A DNA stretch of 64,000 nt from Lingula anatina (taxonomy: Eukaryota > Animalia > Brachiopoda), in NCBI GenBank assembly GCA_051362555.1, contig CM120641.1, forward strand, positions 34,974,401 through 35,038,400, in the 5' to 3' direction. Position 1 is the first letter of the stretch; every line of letters starts with the position of its first letter. Under the pieces are notes generated by a model. It was not told the origin of the DNA. It saw only the letters and a program-made list of their open reading frames with translations, and searched no databases. The position numbers and the translations under genes are program-made. Shown in pieces: positions 26,784 to 37,500 of the stretch.

Positions 26784-27163
26784 CCTGCATTTAAGTATAA
26801 GGACCTAAGGATTTTTTGGAGTGCAGGACCTGTGGTCCATCAGTACCTGCAAATTAAGTTTTCTCCATGTCTGATAATACACAAAATGGGTTATAATGTC
26901 AGTTTTGATGCTATAATACATGCATAACAGCAAAGTGGAAAACAAATTTTAATCATGCACAGTCAACAGGTGGGTTTGGTAACAAGGTGGTTTAAAAAGC
27001 ACACTGTTGACGACTTTATGTACCGCCATGTCTGTGTCTGTACATAATAACAAAATAGATACATCAAAAAGTAATTTAAAGCATTCAAGCCAGGATTTTC
27101 ATACCAATAATTCATTGAACCTATTTTCTTGGTTATGTCTCTACTTCGTTAGGATTTGGACAA

Positions 27164-27578
27164 ATATATGATGCTGAGTGGATTCTTTTAGCAGTATAGT
27201 GTTAGATTATAAGAAGATTCAGCATCTGCTTGTTAACGCTGAAAGTGCCGTACTTACTTCATTTGGTGAACGACAAATACCAGTGGACAAATACAAGGCA
27301 AAATTCAATCCTTGGCGCCGCACCACGGACTGAAGACCAATTACATTATAAAAGTAAATAGTATGATAAAGCGAATTTTGATTAAGATAGTTATATTAAT
27401 TATTTTATAACCATTCAAAAGAAAACATGTACATTGAAATAGAGTGAAAATTCAAGCACCTGTCCCAAATGGTATTTGCTCCGTATTTATGCTTGACCCA
27501 AATAATAATCACAACACACACAGCAAGGCACACCGTAGTAGGATTAGTCTATTAAAATTATCCCCAGTGCAAAGAGCT
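27164..27578. promoter_or_regulatory. Duplicated ANAPC1/ADPGK bidirectional promoter with an intact exon-1 donor
   Basis: Aligns with 17143-17549. The minus-strand GTAAGT donor is retained at about 27252-27257. Confidence 0.75.
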
Positions 27579-30240
27579 ATGTCGTTATTGACGAAGGCCG
27601 GTGGTGTTGTTTCCATTTCAATTTTTGTGGCATTAGTAGCGTATCTGCACCGAAGCTACAATGATAAAATCCTCAACGATCGCTTAGACTCTGTGTTGAG
27701 AGGATTGCTTCGTGCGGAGAAAAAAGTTAGCTTTGAAACACGGACTAGAGTTGCAGTTGGATTTGGCGCTTGTGTAGACGGATTTGTTAACGCAACTGAT
27801 ATTTTCCATAACTTAGGCTTCATTCCACCAGATATACCTGAGCATTACAGTGTGATAAGGGACCAAGATGAGCTAGGGAAAGTTTTTTCGTACTTTTTTA
27901 GACACGGAGCTGCTGGAGAGTAAGTACGGAACACATTGATTGTTTACAAAATAAATAGAGCTACCCAATATACAGTTTATCAAGTTACCAGCGCATAAAG
28001 ACATATTTTGAATTAGTTTGATCATAAATGTGTAATTTTCATATTTTACATTTGCAAGGGCATATTATTGTTAATTCTTTTTTGACAAAGTACTATAAAA
28101 AAAACATATGCCATGCTGGGTTTTAAAAGAAAATACCAGTACTGTGTGCATGCAACTGTATCTTATATCAAGGAGTTATAACTGTTATAACTCCTTGCTT
28201 ATATTATTCTTTGTCAATTATAAACATCTTCTTAAAGTTGTTTATTCTAAATTTATGTAAGTAAGATGAAATATATCCCTACCCTTATTTTTTTTATGTC
28301 TTTATTTTTTTAACTCCAGGAGATATATTGAAAACAGGACTCTATTTGAATCCATTGTAAATGAGGCAAGGCGGCATTCCTTCACTAGGTGGGCAGTTGG
28401 TGGAAATGCGCCAGTGATGGCCCAGAGGTTTGCTAAAGAGGGATGTGAAGTGATGCTTGGAGCCAAAGTTTCTCCCCATCTTGCTGGCCTATTTGAATCA
28501 AATATTAAAAGTCAGTTTTGTGCAAACAGGCCTCAAGTGCAATATAGTTTTTTTTCAGAATGTATCAAAATGTCTGTCTCCTGTTGCTTCATAGTTTTTT
28601 TTGTCTTTATCTAGCATAAGTTTGTTGTGTAATTTTTTCAAAATTATACATATTTAAGTTTTATAATTGAATTACTAGTAGGGCCATGCTTGCAGGATGG
28701 AGCCTTTTTTGAATGAAATAGAATTGGCATTTTTTTCTTTTCAGTTGCTGGAGGTACAATAGACAACGAGGACATCCACATAGCCTTAGAATATGCTACA
28801 GGGACATCTTGGGGTAACTTCAAATCTCCAAGGGCCAACAGGTGTGTTGAAATAATTATATACATATAAAACAAATGGAAGGGATTTTTCAAATATTTTC
28901 TACCTACAAAGAAAATATATTTTGTGTAATTAAGTTATTGCAATTACATAAAAACTTAAATATAATGTACTCATATTTACAGAGATTTGTCATATGATGA
29001 TAATGCATGGAATATGAATTTTACATTTGAGGCAGCAGTAATAAATTTTTACCTTTTTTTTTTCTTTAGATTTTGTATTCACAGTGACCAGTTTAATCCA
29101 TACATTGACTCCCTTGAACTGTTCAGTCAAGCAGCAGCCTCTTTCTCTCCCCAACTACTCGTTGTGGGAGGTCTACAAATGATGGATAGTTTTCCTTTCA
29201 AGCCAGGTAGATGACTAAATAAGAGGTTGGAAGCACACACAAAGCAGCATTTGCATAACAATTAACAAAACTATTTAAGAATTAACACTTACGTACCTTT
29301 AGAATGAGGGGTGTGATTTAAACTTTTTTGTGGTTATTTTTATTAAAGTTATAAAATAAAATGGCATACTTACACCTGTCACTATATTACATGGGTTAAA
29401 TACAAATTTATTTAACATATCTAGTCATTTAGTACAGCACTTTACAGATTTTAAGGGTGTCCTAAAAGCAACAGATTTGATGCTTGGGATATTTAGTGTG
29501 GTAGATGTAAAATAGATTTTGGATTTTATATCAATTTTTTCCAAGGATGTGAGACACATCTTTTTCTTTCAGGTGTCCGCAAAGAACGCCTACAAAAGCT
29601 TGGAGAAGTTTTAGCTACGACTTCTAATAATACCATGATTCATTTTGAAATGGCCTCATTCAGTGAAGAAGCACTTTTGCAAGATTTGGTAGAGCATGTT
29701 ATCCCATACTCAGACTCACTGGGGATGAATGAGCAGGAACTGCCCAATTTATACAGTGCTTTAATGAATGGTACTGCGACATTAATATCAGATGCCTATC
29801 CCAGGATTGCTCATGTGCTTGATCAGATGAGAGCCGTGTATAAAATTCTCAGTCAAACATCAGAAAAAAATAATAGGAGAAAACTGACAAGACTCCATGT
29901 CCACACCTTGGCTTACCAAGCAATTATAACCACCTCTGGCTCACCATGGAAGAACACCATGTCTGCTGCTGCTAAGGCCTCGTTAACAGCAAATCGCCAT
30001 GTCTGCGGGTCCAACTTCATTCATTTGGAAAAAGCAAGGTTAATTATTGATGAATCTTTTGCTGCTAGTCAGGCACATGGAAGCAGAAGGATTTCATTTG
30101 AGAATAATCGGCCAGTGTCATGTTGGAAAGAGGGCAACTACGAGTTTTGTGTTGCTCCGGTTCTTGTCTGCACCCAAGTGTTTCAAACTGCTGGAGGTGG
30201 GGATAATGTTTCTTCAGCAGGGCTTGCAGTGCAGATTTAG
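27579..30240 (+). CDS. ADPGK: ADP-dependent glucokinase, copy 2 (477 aa, 5 exons)
   Basis: Exons 27579-27919, 28320-28510, 28745-28841, 29070-29206 and 29573-30240. Exon lengths match copy 1, there are no stops or frameshifts, and about 11 amino acids differ. Confidence 0.96.
28162..28204. mobile_element. 29-bp P-element-type mini-element or excision footprint with a 7-bp TSD
   Basis: CTTATAT-[CAAGGAGTTATAAC-T-GTTATAACTCCTTG]-CTTATAT. Absent from the paralogous ADPGK-1 intron 1 (about 18135-18155). Confidence 0.8.
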
Positions 30241-32172
30241 AGGGAAAAGTCCAAAGTCAGTTCAAAATATATAGGGTGGATTGAAAAACTACTACTTTAA
30301 ACCACTGAAGAATGCTCCTTTATAATTCTATGAAATTTCACTTCGTACTAAATCAGTGTTGCCTCTGGTGCTTTAAAGCTCAAAAGCCTTAGTAACATCT
30401 GTGTAGTAATCGAAAATAATAGTTGATAAGTGCAATGTTGGAAAGAATCATTCAGAGGTTTCACCTTCGATTTCTTAAAATATCTGATTAATTGATCTCC
30501 TTCACACTAGCATAATGCTTTTACACATCTTCTGTTTATGTCTTGACTTCTACCAGGTAGACTTTTGATTACAAACTGTTTTGTCAATCTCTTTTACATT
30601 CTTTTATGAAGTCGGACACCATTTGGTGAAATTCATATTATGTGGTCTTGATTGTAGTTAATGTTGATCCATCCTATTGAAGATGGAGGGAATTAAGCAT
30701 TATTAAAAATGTTAAACCATCACCAGGGAGACTTCAAACTGCTAGATATTGGCAGTGCTTATTATTTGGACTATCATTTTAGTATTCAGTGTCATTTGGA
30801 TACTTCAGTATCATCTCCAAGAGGTAATACCATGTAAGGTACTGGGTGTAAATTTTGTTGTACTATAGAGAATTATTTTTGAGAAGGTGAAATTTAAAGA
30901 GGAGTGTATTTTATCTACCCAACACACATCTTGTGTGCAAAAAAGCAATATTTTTTAAATGGTCCAAACTAAGGGTTTGTTAATCATTTACAGATACAAT
31001 TCAGGGTCATAATGTTGTCTGTTGATTGGGAAGATTTTTTCCTTGACTGTTATAAATAGGTAAAATGATTTTGAAATTTAGACATCAGTCAAATTTTAGT
31101 CTATTTTTGTACCTTTTATCCATGCAGTGGGATAGGGTTTAGTGCTTTCAACTCATTACATAATTATGTAATACATGCTTAGCAATATTTTTATAGGATA
31201 AAATGCACAATCACTTTTTAAATAACCCACTGTTAGCCATATTGTATCGTTGTCCCAGCAATACTATTTTAAAGTCCCATTCAATTTTTTTTGTGAATGT
31301 TTGTATCTAAACACGTACGTTTCAAAGGTGTAAAGACAGTGAACCATTTCATTACCAGAACCGGGTAATTTTAGATGTTTATTGCACTCCAAAGATTTCA
31401 TTGCATGATTGAGCAATATTTTTGTGAAACAAAAATACCAGTAACATCTGTGATTCAAATTTTACATAGGAAATGGAATTAAAATAAAGTGCTCAACTTT
31501 TTCCCTTTGTAGTTAATTTTTTTTTCAAATTTCAGGTCATCTTTGAAGTTGGAAAAATTTATTAATTAGATTTCCAACATTTTTCTTTCATGTTGAAAGG
31601 CCAGCACACACACACAAACATTACTAAGCCTTTTCATTTAATTCAACTGGAATTGGTCTTCTCTTTTTTATCTCTATTAAAAATACTTTCAATGACTTTT
31701 TATTTGATTTTATTTACATATTTTTAAAATTATTTTTTGTACGGTGGTTATGACAAGATTCAGCAAACAGTGGAAATTGCGAGATCGAACTCAAAAGGCC
31801 CTTGATAGAACTTGCCATAGAAATGGCCTCGATTTGCAAAATATTAGAAGATAAAATTTACCACTATGACCTGCAGGTAAACCCACTCAGAATGGGATTC
31901 ATAGAATATTCTGCACCACTTTGTCCTTTAACCCTTTAATCACTTGCTGTACGAGGAAATTCACAAATAAGTAATGCAGATGTCTCAAGCACAAAGCTTG
32001 CCTTCATAATTTATTTGCATATTTCATTTCTTATGCACATCTTACTTCTCCAACACACAGACACCAAGTTTTTCTTCAGTTGGTACATAACAAATCAACC
32101 GTTCATGCCTTCTTATGCAAAAAAGTGTGTCACATCATTATCTTCCAGTCACAGTTCACAGTGTCAGATAAT

Positions 32173-34517
32173 TTACTTAAAGATCTTGTAATCACAAACT
32201 TTCTTGCCACCGAACTCCCCTTCACATTCGAAATATTCCTTGACCATTTTCTTGGTCTCTTCGCTGTCTGGATCAAGCTTCTTCCAACTATAAGAGTCAT
32301 AGTCAACCTGGAGGTCTGGGCTCAACTGTAACAAAGATTTTTTTAATGAAATACAAGCAGTGTTAAGAACTAAAACAAGCAAAAAAAAAAAAAAAAATTT
32401 GTGAAAATTCAGACTACAACTTTACCTTCCAATTTTTTTTTTCAACAGTAGCTACAGCCTTATCCTTAATTCCTTTGATAAACACAAGATTATACACATG
32501 AACATCACATTTCAGCCCAGGTTGACATCAAAATCGAGCAGCTTAAAGGGAACTTGAATGTGACACAAAGGGTGTTTGTGGCCACCAAGTGCTAGTAATA
32601 CCTGCACTGGGGCATAAGTGTAACTATATCGGAGGTTGGGAGTAGAGCAAGTACCAGGTACTCCTGCTCTATAGAGGCAGTAAGAAAAGTTTATGCCATA
32701 AAAAGTAATCTTACGTCAAAAGCTAGGCCTTGTCCTCTCCAAACCCAAACCCCAGAGATGGTACTATTGTTAGATTCACCAAACAGAATCACACTGGCAA
32801 AACCGTGCTTCCTCAAGCGATCTAGACGCTGGAAAAAGCCTGAAAACCACCAATTTTCAAAGTCAAAAAAGGTTAAATAGATATCTTAACTGTTAAAATG
32901 AAAAACCACCTCATTTTTAGGATATTTTAGAAGTTTCTAAAAAGCAATAACATTTTTTGAAGTGTTGATCTGCAAATCATAAAAAAAAAATAATAATAAA
33001 AAAAAATTAGAGGACAGTAAAAATAATTTAAAGACTGTTTTTGCAAAAAAACACCTGGTTTTGCCGAGAGAGTATGAACTCGCTTTATTCATTTATTTTG
33101 CTAAATTTGGAATTAAAACTGTCCAACTAACACAAAAGTCACTAAAGTTAACCAACTTAATCCATTTCAGTTAATCTGTCACTCACCTCTTATTAAATTT
33201 ATGCTCATAAAGGTTAGCTTTAGGTCTTGTGGATAATTGTATTCACAGTGCCAAATGGAAAATGCCTCCTTGTCGAAATTCTTCCAGAAATATGGAAGAG
33301 CTACAGTAGCTGTGTCATTGTTGGAATACACTCTCTTGAATTCTTCAATGTCAAAAGTTCTGGAATATAAAAGAAAGACTTTTCAGTGGATTATCATTTA
33401 TGTTTTAACACATTTTTATGTTACATTCAAACTCATAACCTCAAAATGATAACCCCTTTTCTTATTTTGGATGATCTGTAATCCATCCTTATAAATACAG
33501 TTAAATGCTAAAGGGAAGGCCATTTTTAGGAGAGCAAACATGCTTTAACTTGCAAGTATTTTATATATATTCAGGGACAATCCAACTTCCTCAACATTTG
33601 CTTAATGACATGTTGGTCATTTTAGGACTTGAGTTTTGTTATATATAAGAATTAGAATTTCAAATGGCCAGTGTAATGAACACAAGCATTTTTCAGACAG
33701 TTTCTATGGTAGCAAGTATTTTATTTCTGTCTTGAAAATACAAAAGAATCTCACCCTTTAGGCAGGTCAGCAAAAGGATCTTTACGTTCTTTTGGAGCTG
33801 GTTCTTCCTCCTCATCTTTCTCCTTTGCTGGTGGTTTCTCTTTCTACCAAAAGATATCAAAAGTCATGAACCTAAAATACACACATTATTTGCAAAGGTG
33901 TTTTCCTAGCCTTATAAAGAGAAAATTTCACTTACAATATCCTGGTTTTTATCACAGATTTTCTTAATTCGGAAGAATACTCTGAAAATTAATGTAACAG
34001 GTCTATTATCACGTAACAATATAAGTTTTCAGCTAACATACTATCTGACAGACAAACCATTAAACAACATTCTCAAATCATCAATTTTTAAGATGATACA
34101 AAATTGTAAAATAATAATAATAAATATAGTAATATGGCATCAATGTATGATATGATTTAGTCTGTCACAGGTATTATAACACTGCACAGGTGGAGGCATC
34201 AGTTGCTATACCTCCTGGTCTTACACAGTTGCAACAATATGCAATCATGCCTTATCAAAGGAGGATTTTCAAGTTTTCAAGTTATTAAACACCAAGATCT
34301 CATTATCACTGTAAGCTGTACCTTCGGTTGTTGCTTGGGCTGCTGCTCCTTCTTTTCTTTTTTACCTCCTTTATCTTTGCCTCCTCCAGAGAGTTCTGCA
34401 AACTTTTTAGCTGGAAACAGAAATGCCAAACAGATAAAAATAATAATACTGGCCCACAAATACTTTTGTTTTTTAACTTTTTTAAATGGTTCTGTAAAAC
34501 CTACAAATGCTCTCAAC

Positions 34518-34553
<36 letters not shown>

Positions 34554-37500
34554 AAATTGCAAAAACAACTCTTCAAAATGTAACACCCCATTCTCATAGA
34601 TTAGATCGACCTACATTGGATCGACCTAACTCCCTGGGGGTTCACGCTAAATAGCTGTCAGCCGGGCGGACACGAAAGTTAATTACCCCTTATAGCTTGT
34701 TGTAGGCGGGGACGGACACTTAAGGCGGATTATCTGACAGTAATCTAGTGAGACTCCCCACGGTGATAGATCGATCTAAAAGTTGTGAGAACAGAGCCAA
34801 AGACAAATTTTCTTACCATCAAACTGTGCCATTTTCTCACACAATACAACAGAACCGAGAACTGCTTTAAATTCTGGCTGGTTAACTAGAGTGGTAAACC
34901 AACGATTTGTATTCTGGTATGGTTGGCGGAAAGCTGGATCAAGAACCTGCAATTGTGTAAGTTAACTTCTACAATAAAATAGAAGCATTTATGGTTTTCA
35001 GATAATGTTCTCAGGAAAAGATAAATCTTCATTTCTATCCAAAGGTTTACAGACCATTACGTAAGTGTATGTGCTAGAAGCATATGAATGGCATTTTAAA
35101 TTATAGAATTATAGAAGTTTGAGTTGAGTCTGTCTCATGTAATTTAAGACTGTAGATGGGGATACAGCTAATGCAACCCCAGGTCTTGTATGGGGATTAT
35201 TTAACATGAAGGCAAATGTGTCAATATTAGGCCTTTTTTGTGTTTGGTTTCTAAAAGCAAATCAGCTTTTCAAACTAGATCAATGAAGTGTTAAAGGAAA
35301 GTTTTGTTATCATAATTATTATTTGGTATATTCTTTTTAGCAAGACCCAAGTAATTTTTATATCTTATTTAGCTTCATGTTCAGTTTTGTTACAACTGTT
35401 ACCTACCATTACTTACCATCTTGTACAGCATAAGCAAATCGCAAGCAACAACTATATCTGCCAGAGAGACCCTCTCTCCCACAAGGAACGTCCTGGTTCT
35501 TAGAACAGTGTTGAGAACACCCAGCGCCTTCTTGATATCTTCCTTGGCTCTCTCGGTGTTCTGAATAATAAAGTGATCAATCAAAATTGGTTACACAAAC
35601 CATTATGAGAACTAGAGGATCAGAGAGGCGATACCGCCTCCGAATATTGTACCACCAGCTGGAGCAAGCGCATTCATATAGACCCCCACATACACAAAAT
35701 AAGGGACACAGCCACCAGTTTTGTGCTTGACAAGCTGTAAAAATGCAATCAACAAGAATTTTTAAACTTTTGCAAAAAATATATATGGTACAATCAAATT
35801 TAAGTTCTTCGTAAGATAGGTCAAGGGTCAATTTCAAGGTCACAGTAAATTGCCAGTATATGACTTCCTATTCAAGTTCAAGAGTAACTATGGACCTATC
35901 TCTGCCAGTTTTGGAGATAAAAGGGAAGCAAAATTTGCAAAGTTCAGTTCATGGTGAAAAGTAGGTCAAAGGTCAATTTTAAGGTCACATTTAGATTGCC
36001 AGTATATTACTTCCTATTCAAGTTCAATAGTAACTACGGACCTATCTCTGCCAGTTTTGGAGATAAAAGAAAAGCAAAATTTGCAAAATTCAGTTCATGG
36101 TGTAAAGTAGGTCAAAGGTCAATTTTAAGGCCACATTTAGATTGCCAGTATATTACTTCCTATTCAAGTTCAATAGTAACTATGGCCCTATCTCTGCCAG
36201 TTTTGGAGATAAAAGGGAAGCAAAATTTGCAAAGTTCAGTTCATGGTGAAAAGTAGGTCAAAGGTCAATTTTAAGGTCACATATAGATTGCCAGTATATG
36301 ACTTCCTATTCAAGTTCAATAGTAACTACGGACCTATCTCTGCCAGTTTTGGAGATAAAAGGAAAGCAAAATTTGCAAAGTTCAATTCATGGTGAAAAGT
36401 AGGTCAAAGGTCAATTTTAAGGTCACATATAGATTGCCAGTATATGACTTCCTATTCAAGTTCAATAGTAACTACGGACCTATCTCTGCCAGTTTTGGAG
36501 ATAAAAGGAAAGCAAAATTTGCAAAGTTCAATTCATGGTGAAAAGTAGGTCAAAGGTCAATTTCAAGATCACATTTAGATTGCCAGTATATGACTTTCTA
36601 TTCAAGTTCAATAGTAACTACGGACCTATCTCTGCCAGTTTTGGAGATAAAAGAAAAGCAAAATTTGCAAAGTTCAGTTCATGGTGAAAAGTAGGTCAAA
36701 GGTCAATTTTAAGGTCACATTTAGATTGCCAGTATATGACTTCCTATTCAAGTTCAATAGTAACTACGGACCTATCTCTGCCAGTTTTGGAGATAAAAGG
36801 AAAGCAAAATTTGCAAAGTTCAATTCATGGTGAAAAGTAGGTCAAAGGTCAATTTTAAGGTCACATATAGATTGCCAGTATATGACTTCCTATTCAAGTT
36901 CAATAGTAACTACGGACCTATCTCTGCCAGTTTTGGAGATAAAAGGGAAGCAAAATTTGCAAAGTTCAGTTCATGGTGAAAAGTAGGTCAAAGGTCAATT
37001 TTAAGATCACATTTTGATTGCCAGTATATGACTTCCTATTCAAGTTCAATAGTAACTACGGACCTATCTCTGCCAGTTTTGGAGATAAAAGGGAAGCAAA
37101 ATTTGCAAAGTTCAGTTCATGGTGAAAAGTAGGTCAAAGGTCAATTTCAAGGTCACAGTAAGATTGCCAGTATATGACTTCCTATTCAACTTCAATAGTA
37201 ACTATGGACCTATCTCTGCCAGTTTTGGAGATATAAGGGACTAAATGTTATAATTTTGGAGTTACCATAATGTGCCTTAAGTTTCGTACAGAAAAAATTA
37301 ATTAAAATAAAGAAAATGTCATTTTGGTCAAAATTCTTGAAATAGGAGGTGCTCTGAAGTTTCAGAAGTTCAAATTTGATGAAATAATGTCATTTTTGAA
37401 CACAAGTTGTCTGCTTTGCCAAGCCTTATGTTTTATTTTTCCAGAGTTCAAAATTTATTATCCATTACCGTACTGCACATTTTGCTTTTACCACCAATAT

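Noticed and set aside
25520-27169. AAATATAT as a true 8-bp P-element TSD
   Set aside because: Low complexity, no TIRs inside it, and the two flanks derive from positions about 4.8 kb apart in the parental ANAPC1.
27444-27578. N-terminal extension of ADPGK-2 in the ORF track
   Set aside because: It starts at GTG in promoter sequence. The in-frame ATG at 27489 is closed by a stop in copy 1 and probably lies upstream of the TSS.
35126-35260. Additional H/ACA snoRNA in EEF1G intron 5
   Set aside because: One good hairpin and an ACA are present, but there is no convincing two-hairpin, H-box architecture or guide target.
35812-37240. CRISPR-like array or retrozyme (hammerhead) repeat
   Set aside because: Units are homogeneous with no unique spacers, no CUGANGA/GAAA core was found, and the Helentron-type termini explain the array.
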